DNA from: Planctomycetota bacterium
Lineage (GTDB): Bacteria > Planctomycetota > UBA8108 > SXIK01
Reading direction: 5' to 3'
Assembly (NCBI GenBank): GCA_965223265.1
Contig: OZ244999.1
Span: 5,536,001-5,600,000, forward strand
Length of the DNA stretch: 64,000 bases
Each line of letters starts with the position of its first letter. Positions within the stretch are counted from its first letter, which is position 1. The notes under the pieces were generated by a model. The model was not told the DNA's origin. It searched no databases and worked only from the letters and a program-made list of their open reading frames with translations. Positions 29,310 to 37,950 of this stretch are shown here, one piece after another. Position numbers and translations under genes: made by a program.

Positions 29310-29669
29310 ATGGCCAAGATTCTAATCGCCGATGATGTCGAGTCTGAGCGTAGGCTCGTTCAAAGTGTCCTCGAAGATGCGGGGCACAATGTGATCGCTG
29401 TTGAAGACGGCAAGCGAGCCCTGGAAGTGATCGACGACGTCGACCCAGACCTTGTCGTCCTCGACGTCGTCATGCCGGGAAAGAGCGGTTTCGATGTCTG
29501 CCGAGCGATTCGTAAGAGCGACGATTTCGGCAAGACTCCGGTGATTCTTCTCACCTCGAAGGATCAGGAAAGCGATAAGTTTTGGGGGGAGAAACAAGGC
29601 GCCAGCCAGTATCTCACCAAACCGTTCGAGCCGGCGGCGCTCGTCGCTGCGGTTGCTAGGTTTGCATAG
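29310..29669 (+). CDS. Single-domain response regulator, second PilH-like copy
   Basis: Start reassigned to ATG 29310 after AAAGGA; ILIADD, PDLVVLDVVMPGKSGFDVCR, LTSKDQESDKFWG..QGA..YLTKPF. Confidence 0.92.
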   Translation: MAKILIADDVESERRLVQSVLEDAGHNVIAVEDGKRALEVIDDVDPDLVVLDVVMPGKSGFDVCRAIRKSDDFGKTPVILLTSKDQESDKFWGEKQGASQYLTKPFEPAALVAAVARFA

Positions 29670-29995
29670 AAGGCGAGATGAAACGAGCCTCGCCCGAAGG
29701 CATCCCCAACGCACCTCGGTCAAAGCTCTCGACCCGGAAAGAAGCTCGAGCTCCTTGCGCCAGATCGGCCAGGTCATCCAAGCGATCGAAGAATGTTCGA
29801 CACCGATGACCCAGTCGACCCAGGCGCAAGGCGCGCCGCTTTCACGTAAACGACTCGTCGAGTGAACGACGTGACAGACATCGACGCGAGGAGCATTCCT
29901 GCAGGCAGTTTGACCACGTGCTCCAGTGGAAAAAGATTGCTGGCCCAGCAATCACTGAATCCGATACCGCCGGGCCAGTCATGGAGGCATGAGTT

Positions 29996-31402
29996 GTGGA
30001 ACCGGCATCCAACGAAAGCATAGTTCTCGTAGTTGACGACAGTCCAACAGTGCGGAAATTCGTGCACAAGTGTCTGAAACCTCATGACTACCGGGTGAAC
30101 CTGGCGGCCAACGGCACGCAGGCGGTTGCCTCTGCACGCACCGAACATCCGAGCATCGCTCTAGTCGATCTGACGATGGGAGAAGAGTGTGGAATCGACG
30201 TCATCCGTCGCTTCGATGAAGAACTGGGACAGTGTGACTTCCCGATCGTGCTCATGTCGGGAAAAGGAGAAGCAGCGTGGGAGATCGGTAAGGGATCCAA
30301 AGGAGTTGTCGCCGCGATCTCGAAGCCTTTCGACAGTGCTTCACTGATCTCAATCATTGAGACGCAATTGCGTAGACGAACGCGGGAACGAGAAGAACGT
30401 GAACTGATTGAACAACTCAGTCACGACCTCATTCATGGCACTTCGTTCGATCCGGACGAAGAGACTCTTCGATCCGCCCACGTCGTCCGCGACGTCTCGG
30501 CGTTGCTTGCCGATCGTTTGAAGCAAACTCTTTCGGAATCGATCCGCGCATCGGCTCACCTCGGCCGTGAGCATTTCGTCCGCTCGGTGACGGACTCTCT
30601 ACTCAGCGCCGCATTTCTCGAGGCGTTTTCCATGCAGGTGGATGAGCTTTACCGACAAATCCAAGGTCAGTTCACTGCAACGGCGGACACTCTCAATTTC
30701 GCGGACGCACTGCAGTCGATTTGCAACAAAAACGTGACTGGCGTTCTGCGAGTCAGCGGCCGTGACGCGGAGGTAGAACTTCACGTTCAAGACCGATTGA
30801 TTCGTGTCGTGAACCCGACACGTGTGCCAGTTTCCGAAAATGAAACCGCCCTTTACTGCACCGGGGTCGAGATCCCCGCCAGCATTCTCGTGTGTGGAAC
30901 CAGCACAGCGCCGGCGGACACCACCGCGCTCCTCGAATGGACGCGCCAAAGCGGAGTCGACCCTGAGCAAGCCCCGAGGATCCTTCTTTCCATCGGCATT
31001 GACGTCTTACGGTCGTGCCTTGAGACACCTCAAGAATGTAGCTTTAAGTTCTTCCACCGCGGCCGGTTCTGGCAGGGCATCGACGTCCTCGATCTCCACC
31101 TGCCGGCGGAGCGGTTCTTGTTGAAGTTGTTTTCCAGAATCGATGAGTGGGCGGCCCTGGAGAACGCGCTGGCGAATGGCGATATGACCTTTCGCCGCCG
31201 CAGCGACCTCGCAAGCAATGACGAAGAGTTGTTGAGTCCGATGCAGCGTGAGTTACTTGCACAAGTCGACGAGTCTGAAAGCGTTGGAGACCTGTGCAGT
31301 CGCACGAAGCTGAGCGCCTTCGAGGTGTGTCACAACCTCCATACGCTCGAGCGGATGGGTCTAGTCGAATCGAACCGAGTCGTTTCATGTCTGCAACCGT
31401 AG
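29996..31402 (+). CDS. Response regulator: REC + PatA-N/DUF4388 + winged-helix-like segment (paralogue of 15821..17317)
   Basis: VVDDSPTVRKF, LVDL, MSGKG, KPF; FADALQSI..KNVTGVL; PAERFLL..RIDEW; SAFEVC..L..MGLV. Confidence 0.8.
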   Translation: MEPASNESIVLVVDDSPTVRKFVHKCLKPHDYRVNLAANGTQAVASARTEHPSIALVDLTMGEECGIDVIRRFDEELGQCDFPIVLMSGKGEAAWEIGKGSKGVVAAISKPFDSASLISIIETQLRRRTREREERELIEQLSHDLIHGTSFDPDEETLRSAHVVRDVSALLADRLKQTLSESIRASAHLGREHFVRSVTDSLLSAAFLEAFSMQVDELYRQIQGQFTATADTLNFADALQSICNKNVTGVLRVSGRDAEVELHVQDRLIRVVNPTRVPVSENETALYCTGVEIPASILVCGTSTAPADTTALLEWTRQSGVDPEQAPRILLSIGIDVLRSCLETPQECSFKFFHRGRFWQGIDVLDLHLPAERFLLKLFSRIDEWAALENALANGDMTFRRRSDLASNDEELLSPMQRELLAQVDESESVGDLCSRTKLSAFEVCHNLHTLERMGLVESNRVVSCLQP

Positions 31403-32031
31403 TGATCATCGACGACAGTCTCACTGTTCGCAAAGTCGCCGAACGCCAGCTGAGAAGCGCAGGATTTGCCGTTATCGGAGCTGCGACCGGGCAGGAAGGC
31501 ATAGACGCAGCACGCCAGCATCGGCCAGACCTTTTGCTTCTGGACTTCATGTTGCCGGATATGAAGGGGACCGATGTTTGCGCCAGCCTCTCACGAAGCG
31601 ACGTGACGTCTGGCATCCCAATTATCGTGCTCTCAGGGCGCGACGCCGGCCAGCTTCGCAACGAATTCAGCTCAGTTGCGGCGGTCAAGGCGTGCATCGA
31701 AAAGCCCTTCGGTGCAGATCTAGCCGCACAAGTCCGAAGCGTCATTACCGGCATCCCGAAAACATCCCCGATGACGCACACCGGCGCGCAGGCACCGTCC
31801 GAGGTTGCCGCAGCGACGACCGCTTCTTCACCGATGCGTGAGGCCTCTGCCAGAGCTCGAGAGCGCCAAGCTTCCTTCTCGGTCGGGGCGCCGCGGAAGG
31901 CCTCTACGACTACGAACGATCAAGTCGGAAAGATCGTCGACGAGATTCTCTCGGTGCTCGACAGAAGTCCTGAGTCGCGCCGAGTCATGCTCCGAATCAT
32001 CGTGCGGAGATACCTGACTCATGACCGCTGA
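31387..32031 (+). CDS. Response regulator: REC plus low-complexity linker and short helical C-terminus
   Basis: Start reassigned to ATG 31387; IIDDS, PDLLLLDFMLPDM.G..VC, LSG, KPF. Confidence 0.85.
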   Translation: MSATVVIIDDSLTVRKVAERQLRSAGFAVIGAATGQEGIDAARQHRPDLLLLDFMLPDMKGTDVCASLSRSDVTSGIPIIVLSGRDAGQLRNEFSSVAAVKACIEKPFGADLAAQVRSVITGIPKTSPMTHTGAQAPSEVAAATTASSPMREASARARERQASFSVGAPRKASTTTNDQVGKIVDEILSVLDRSPESRRVMLRIIVRRYLTHDR

Positions 32032-32914
32032 CCCTACTCCTGCGGCACAAAGCGCCACACACGAACTCGCCAAAAATCCGCATTCGAACTTTCTCGACAC
32101 AATCAGAGACGTGATCGCCGCACGCTACGGGTTCTGGGTACAGGATCTTTGGTTCGAGAAGCTCGAAAAAGTCGTCGCTCAACGCATGGGGCGGCGAGGC
32201 GCTCGCCATCAGCCGGCTTATCTCGATCTACTCACGGCCTCGGCGCGCGGGGAAGACAACGAGCTTCAAGAGCTCACCGAAGAGCTACTCATCGGTGAGA
32301 CCAGTTTTCATCGCAATCCGCCGCAGTTCGATGCGCTTCAAAAGATCGTACTACCGGAACTTCTTCGACTGCGAACGTACGGAAGAATTCGCATTGCGAG
32401 CTTCGGTTGTTCCACAGGCGAAGAACCTTACAGTGTAGCTATTGCGGCTTTGGAGACGTTGGGACCGGAGGCCGCGAGCCGCCTTGAAGTTGTCGGCATC
32501 GATGCTCGCCGCCGAGCGCTCACGCGCGCCCGAGAAGGCCGCTACTCAGAACTCCAGCTGCGCGAGTATGACGACGCCCGACGTGAACGCTGGTTCACGC
32601 GGAACGGCCGCGAGTTCGAAGTGCGCCAATCGCTGCGAGAATGTGTACGCTTTCTGTGCGCAAACCTCGCCGATCCGCTACCGCTGACAGGTATCGACGT
32701 CGTGTTCTGCCGCAATGTTATGATCTACTTTCAAAAACCGTTCATCGCGACGCTCATGCAGTCCTTCCATGGAGCGATGAATCCCGGCGGCTACCTGTTC
32801 CTCGGCCATGCAGAGACAGCCTCCGACTACCGCGACCTGTTTCATGTCGTCTACACCGATGAGACGTACTTCTTTCGACGCCGAGGCGTGACCGGTCCGC
32901 CGGCACCGCAGTGA
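32021..32914 (+). CDS. cheR: Chemotaxis protein-glutamate O-methyltransferase
   Basis: IGETSFHR..PQF, SFGCSTGEEPYSVAI, DVVFCRNVMIYF, PGGYLFLGHAE. Confidence 0.95.
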   Translation: MTADPTPAAQSATHELAKNPHSNFLDTIRDVIAARYGFWVQDLWFEKLEKVVAQRMGRRGARHQPAYLDLLTASARGEDNELQELTEELLIGETSFHRNPPQFDALQKIVLPELLRLRTYGRIRIASFGCSTGEEPYSVAIAALETLGPEAASRLEVVGIDARRRALTRAREGRYSELQLREYDDARRERWFTRNGREFEVRQSLRECVRFLCANLADPLPLTGIDVVFCRNVMIYFQKPFIATLMQSFHGAMNPGGYLFLGHAETASDYRDLFHVVYTDETYFFRRRGVTGPPAPQ

Positions 32915-33012
32915 GGCTTCCCAGCCGGACGACCTGCGCAGAAGCGCGACAATCCCACGCTTTCGACTCTGAGCTGTGGTATTCTCGCCGCAAGAAACGC
33001 GAGAGGTGAACC

Positions 33013-33309
33013 ATGCCGGCTTACGTCATAGTGGATGTCCAGGTTAGCGACGCCGCGACCTACGAAAAGTACAAGCAAGCCGTTTTGCCAACGATAGAAG
33101 CTTTCGGTGGTCGATTCGTCGTTCGCGGCGGAGCCATCGAAAGCCTTGAGGGCGACTGGCGCCCAGAGCGCCTCGTCGTCATCGAATTCGACGCCGCAGA
33201 GCGCGCTCGAGCTTGGTGGGACTCTGACGCCTACCGCGGCCCTAAGGCGCTTCGACGCAGTGCGTCGACGGCAAACATCGTGCTGGTGGAGGGCGGGCCG
33301 GCGCAGTAG
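33013..33309 (+). CDS. DUF1330 family protein
   Basis: MPAYVIV..Y..Y..FGGRFVVRGG..LEGDW..RLVVIEF..ARAWW.S..Y; GAGGTG RBS. Confidence 0.9.
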   Translation: MPAYVIVDVQVSDAATYEKYKQAVLPTIEAFGGRFVVRGGAIESLEGDWRPERLVVIEFDAAERARAWWDSDAYRGPKALRRSASTANIVLVEGGPAQ

Positions 33310-33326
33310 TCGCCTTGTGAATCGCC

Positions 33327-33757
33327 AGTGGGCGTTTGCGTGGGCGTTCTCGTTTGCGTGGGCGTCTACGTGGGCGCCCGCGCCTCTTCAACATATCGGC
33401 ACATGCTGTGTGCACCGTTCCGGACGTGACCGTGACCGTGCGTCATGACGGTTCATTCTAAAAAACTCACGGCCTCTCCGTGTGCCGTCCGGTCTCGTCG
33501 GTGTGGGCGTGCGCGTCGGCCGTTCCCGTTTGCGTGGGCGTGGATCCTCGAGCGTCTGCCGCTTCTCTGCCTGATCTTCGTTTGCTTCTGTTCAAGATTC
33601 AATAGATCAGAACAAGAGTTGAACGAAAGGAATCCAAGTCAACGAAGGAAGACCGTCCAAAGGAGCAGGCACACGCCGCTTCAAGGCCATGGGCGTGGGA
33701 ATATTCTGGTTCTGAATCTGTAATATCCGCCTCTGCCTCCGCCTCCCCCTCCGCCCG
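33327..33757. repeat. Composite intergenic repeat, copy 1 (GCGTGG/GCGTTT hexamers, 9-mer palindrome module, half REP, TCCGCC array)
   Basis: 33521-33690 aligns closely with 37141-37410; 33400-33545 aligns with 41447-41630. Confidence 0.85.
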
Positions 33758-33760
33758 CTA

Positions 33761-34549
33761 TCAGTCCGGCACGTCGTTCACGGCCTTGAGCCCGACGTTC
33801 GCTCCGTTCGTAAGGTAAAACCGATCGCCACCGTACCACGCCCCGTCTGGCGAGAGGAGGTAACAGATCGCGCGCGCGACGACATCAGGCGGAATGAGTG
33901 CATGGAGAAGCTGACTTCCGAACATGTCGTGTCGCGCCTCCTCCGAGCTCTCGGCACGGGCCACGGCGCTCGCGGTGCCGACCCGAGAGGCGAGCATCGG
34001 GATCGAGCGAATGCCTTCGTGAGAATGTTCTTGAGCCATCCCGAGCGCAAAGGTAGTAATCGCCGCCTTGCTCGCACTGTAAAACGTTTTGCGGACTGCC
34101 GGCAGCTCGGCTGCAATCGAGGTGAACGGTAGAAAGACACCGAACCCCTTCTCCCGCCAATGTGGATAGAGTTGCTGAAAGACGCGGACAGGCCCTAAGT
34201 AGTGAACGTCGAGCTGCTGCTGCATCGTGTCGATCGACGTCTCAGCGATGCTGCCCGAGTGCACGATCCCAGCCACGTTCACGAACGAGTGAATCTGATC
34301 GTGCTGCTGTATTAGCGAACCGATCGTGGCACGACAGTTCGCATCGCTCGTCACGTCCAGATCCACATAGATGCCTTTGCCGCCAGCTGCCTCAACCGCA
34401 GCCAACGTCTCGCGACCGCTCTCGGCACTTTGAGGCCGCTCAGCGAGAATCACGAACCCACCTTGCCTGGCGATTTCAACGGCGGCTGGACGGCCGATTC
34501 CCCCACCCGCACCGACGATCAAAACGTTCTGCTGATGGACTTCGAACAT
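33761..34549 (-). CDS. Short-chain dehydrogenase/reductase
   Basis: Probable start ATG 34549; VLIVGAGGGIG, LDVT, VNVAGI, YSASK. Confidence 0.88.
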   Translation of the reverse strand: MFEVHQQNVLIVGAGGGIGRPAAVEIARQGGFVILAERPQSAESGRETLAAVEAAGGKGIYVDLDVTSDANCRATIGSLIQQHDQIHSFVNVAGIVHSGSIAETSIDTMQQQLDVHYLGPVRVFQQLYPHWREKGFGVFLPFTSIAAELPAVRKTFYSASKAAITTFALGMAQEHSHEGIRSIPMLASRVGTASAVARAESSEEARHDMFGSQLLHALIPPDVVARAICYLLSPDGAWYGGDRFYLTNGANVGLKAVNDVPD

Positions 34550-34755
34550 ATCGGATCCCGATAGAAAAACTGTAGTCGCGTAGGCTTCGGATCTCACCAC
34601 ATTGTGATCATGCTCGCAACCGTGGTCCATGCCGATTGGGCGCTACGGGCGCCGCTTCGCGGCGTGCTCGCCCCCACGACATCAAACGCGCCCTCGTTTC
34701 CATGAGCGCGAGCCCAGCCAACCGCCACACGCAAACGCCCTGCTGAACCGAGAGA

Positions 34756-36978
34756 TCAAGGCCGCAAGGTCTCTTCGAAGAGATCAAACGCGACATCACC
34801 GTTCCATCGATGCCCACCGTCGAATCGATCGAATCGAAGGCTTTCTTCGGCAGCGAGCGACACGTAAGCACGCCGCAGTCGGCGCTCAAACGTGGCGTCC
34901 CAGTCGCGAATGATCAAAGGGTCGCTGGATCCGACCTCCCAGACGCATGGCCTCGGGGCGATCAAAGACCCGATCTCGGAATAGTCGCCGAACTTCAGGA
35001 GTCCCGGAATGATCTGGGACCCACAACTGTATCGCAGGCTGACTCTTTCTTGGAGGAGATTGAGGGCACCACTCACCGCGGCAACGCGAATTCGGTCATC
35101 GAGAGCTGCAGCGAGCATGGTCATTCGACCGCCGTACGATAAACCCGCGCAGCCAATGCGCTGAGGATCGACCTCTCGGCGACTCACAAGAAAATCGATG
35201 GACCAGAGCAGGTCACGAAGGTTCGCGGCGATCGAAACTTTGCCCAGCGCCTGCATACGCACAAATGTCACAGCGCACGGGTCACGCCCCCCGTAACGCT
35301 GTCGATCGACGCGGCGCCCAAATGGGACCATGCACGGAGCAGCGACAACGTAGCCGCGTCGCACGAACTGCAGTCCGTAGTCATAATTCATGCGATCGAT
35401 GTCGTTGCCGACGCCCGAAATGTCGCGGCGGCCGACGATCGGGTGGTGGCCGTAGGCACCGTGCCCGTGAACGCAAAGCACAGCGGGAGCTCGTCGGCGT
35501 TCGGCAGAATTGGTAGAGTCGGCAGCGGCTCGGCGCGGAATCAGCAAATAGAGAGGAAGCGAAGAAACTCCGTCGGCGACGAGCAGCACGTCGAGACGGG
35601 TGTGATCGTCAAAGTCGGTGCGGCCTTCTTCCTCGACACGCCACCGACGCGGCGGCGTGAAATCCCCCAGCAACTTTGCGAGCTGCGAGCGAAACGCAGT
35701 TTGCCAGTCACGGCACTCCTGCGCCGTCGTGCCGACATACCTCATCGCAGGCTCAGACTGCTCAAGAGTCAAGCGGATGTCGCTGTGCACCGGCAAGTCT
35801 GGATGCGGCGGTGTGACAAAGCTCTCCTCCTCGAGCTCGATCCGTAGGTCTTCGACACGGCCGCCCGAGTTCGACGTGATGCGCGTGCTGATCCAGAGCC
35901 GCCCCGGCGAAGGCTCGAAGATGTCCGGGTACGCAAGACTGCCCTCGCGCTGCCGCGCGACCACGATCGGCTCGCTCCACCTCTTGCCGTCATCGCCCGA
36001 GAATGCAATCGACAATTCCTCTCGGTGCCACGAGGCGCTCACCTCGGAGTAGTCCCCGGCGCGGCGGCCACCGGGCCGCTGGTTCCACTCGGTCGCCGTC
36101 ATGCCTTCGGGATACAGCCGGTTCCAGGCCAAGACCAGACGACCACTCGCTAGCCGAGTGAGAAACCCAGGGGCGCTACTGGCGTCGATTCCACTTGGCT
36201 CGAGTCGCCGCCACGAATGGCCTTGATCGTCCGACATTGCCCTCCAGAACTGGTCGAGATTGGTCCGCAGGAGCATCAGCAACTTGCCATCGCGGCGCTC
36301 GACGAGCGTCCCCTCCATGGCGCCGTCGTGATGACCGTGACCGTTCAGGTCGATCGTGTTGCTCGCTCGCCAAGACTTTCCTTGGTCGTCCGACGTGTAC
36401 GTTCGCATGACGTGGCGCGCCGGTGCACGCTCGAGTCCTTGCACCGGGACGACAAGCCGTCCGCGACCCGTCACGACCATGTCGAAGAGCGCGCCGCAGT
36501 AGCCGCGTTCGACCGGTTGCTGGTCGATCCAGGTCGCGCCACCGTCAAGGCTGCGCGCACACCACACCTCGAGACGCGTGTCGTGGGACGGCTCCTTGGT
36601 CTCCGAGTTCCATTCGAAACGCTGAGTCGAAAGATCCATGAAGACGAGCACGACGGCCCCCGAGGGCGTACGCGCCAGGGCTCTCCACTCCCGAGCGATG
36701 CGCGGATCGCGCTCCGCAAGAATACGCCCTGAATCAGTCCACGTCTTGCCGTCGTCGTCGCTCCAGTGCGCGGCGTTGCCTTCGACTGTCAAAAGTCGAC
36801 CGTCATCCAGGCGGACGAAAGGCCCGCTCTTTGAGAGATTGGCGCGCCGAACAAGACGATGGAGCTCGGGTCCGTCGCTCTCAGTGGCGGTCTGACTCTG
36901 CAGAGAACCCGGCGTCGCAAATGGGAGGATGAGGACGATCCATCCTGAAGCAAGACGCTGGAACTGAATACTCCGCAT
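34756..36978 (-). CDS. Secreted sialidase-like BNR beta-propeller fused to an alpha/beta hydrolase
   Basis: Start reassigned to ATG 36978 after GGAG, giving a signal peptide. Five Asp-boxes (SDDDGKTW, SLDGGATW, SDDQGKSW, SDDQGHSW, SGDDGKRW); HGHG, GLSYGG nucleophile elbow, D and GGH. Confidence 0.85.
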   Translation of the reverse strand: MRSIQFQRLASGWIVLILPFATPGSLQSQTATESDGPELHRLVRRANLSKSGPFVRLDDGRLLTVEGNAAHWSDDDGKTWTDSGRILAERDPRIAREWRALARTPSGAVVLVFMDLSTQRFEWNSETKEPSHDTRLEVWCARSLDGGATWIDQQPVERGYCGALFDMVVTGRGRLVVPVQGLERAPARHVMRTYTSDDQGKSWRASNTIDLNGHGHHDGAMEGTLVERRDGKLLMLLRTNLDQFWRAMSDDQGHSWRRLEPSGIDASSAPGFLTRLASGRLVLAWNRLYPEGMTATEWNQRPGGRRAGDYSEVSASWHREELSIAFSGDDGKRWSEPIVVARQREGSLAYPDIFEPSPGRLWISTRITSNSGGRVEDLRIELEEESFVTPPHPDLPVHSDIRLTLEQSEPAMRYVGTTAQECRDWQTAFRSQLAKLLGDFTPPRRWRVEEEGRTDFDDHTRLDVLLVADGVSSLPLYLLIPRRAAADSTNSAERRRAPAVLCVHGHGAYGHHPIVGRRDISGVGNDIDRMNYDYGLQFVRRGYVVAAPCMVPFGRRVDRQRYGGRDPCAVTFVRMQALGKVSIAANLRDLLWSIDFLVSRREVDPQRIGCAGLSYGGRMTMLAAALDDRIRVAAVSGALNLLQERVSLRYSCGSQIIPGLLKFGDYSEIGSLIAPRPCVWEVGSSDPLIIRDWDATFERRLRRAYVSLAAEESLRFDRFDGGHRWNGDVAFDLFEETLRP

Positions 36979-37123
36979 GGCGTTCTCCGTCGACGGGTTG
37001 ATTGCGAGCGTTCGAACGATGAGCGGCGCTGTCGGAGCTCGCTCAAACCTCCAGAAGGATATCCCGGGCTGGTGTTGGCTCACCAGGTTTTTGAATGAAG
37101 GCGCGGTTGTCGTTTGGGAGGGC

Positions 37124-37646
37124 GTCCCCGTTCCCGTTTGCGTTCCCGTTTGCGTGGGCGTGGGCGTGGATCCTCGAGCGCCTACCGCTTCTCTGCCTGA
37201 TCTTCGTTTGCTTCGTTTGCTTCTGTTCAAGACTCAAGAGATCAGAACAAGAATTGAACGAAAGGAAACCAAGTCAACGAAGGAAGACCGTCTAAAGGAG
37301 CAGGCAACGCCGTGTGTCGTCCGGACGGCACATAGCAAGTGCCTGCTACTTTGAAGATTGGCGGCGATACGTGTCTATAGTAGCAGGCACACGCCGCTTT
37401 AAGGCCATGCGCTTTTGCTTTTGCTTTTGCTTTTGCGTTTGCGTTTGCTTTTGCGTTTGCTTTTGTGTTTGCTTTTGCGTTTGCGTTTGCGTTTGCGTGG
37501 GCGTGGGCGTTTGCGTGGGCGTGGGCGTTTGCGAGGGCGTGGGCGTGGGAGATTGTGAGTGCGAGTGCGGCCCGTTTCCGTCTCTGGATCCGTATCCGCT
37601 TCTGATGCTGCCTCCGCCTCTGTCTCTGCCTCCGCCTCTGCATCTG
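37124..37646. repeat. Composite intergenic repeat, copy 2 (expanded)
   Basis: Direct-repeat homologue of 33521-33757 with an extra 9-mer, an extra 83 bp REP segment and a ~135 bp hexamer array (GCTTTT/GCGTTT/GCGTGG) at ~37410-37549. Confidence 0.88.
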
Positions 37647-37789
37647 TAGCAGGGGTCACCGTACGGCGGCGGTCATTCTCGAGTGTACGCGGTGCTCGGG
37701 GCCGTCAGGGGTGCCTTCGCTGCGCTCGGCGTTTCGCGCCCTGGCTGTGAAGGTTTTAAAACGTGCCGTCAAAACTCGCGCTCACGTTC

Positions 37790-37876
37790 GGAACGGCACA
37801 CGGCGTGTGCCTGCTACTTTGAAGAGCGCGTTGGCGACGTCTCTATAGTGGCAGGCACACTCCCGTGTGCCGTTCC
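37790..37876. repeat. GTAG-type REP inverted doublet
   Basis: GGAACGGCACACGGCGTGTGCCTGCTAC ... GTGGCAGGCACACTCCCGTGTGCCGTTCC; a related doublet lies at ~37323-37396 with the same TTTGAAGA...TCTATA spacer ends. Confidence 0.8.
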
Positions 37877-37950
37877 GGAGGGTTCCGTGAGTTGCGACGG
37901 TGACTCTGCGTCTGGCGCCGTATCTGTATCTGTAGTACTGGCCCTTGGAA

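Noticed and set aside
29670-29995. Small gene between the receiver and the REC-DUF4388 gene
   Set aside because: Candidate ORFs are short, overlap the upstream gene or lack recognisable features.
36979-37230. 84-aa N-terminal extension of the 824-aa ORF
   Set aside because: It is translated repeat DNA; ATG 36978 has an RBS and yields a signal peptide.
37242-37659. Low-complexity ORFs (poly-AH/AN/AK, poly-CV/CF, KRKR)
   Set aside because: These are products of stop-free hexamer arrays in several frames, with no RBS or domain.
33327-37876. Possible CRISPR array
   Set aside because: No constant 25-45 bp repeat with unique equal-length spacers, and no cas genes.
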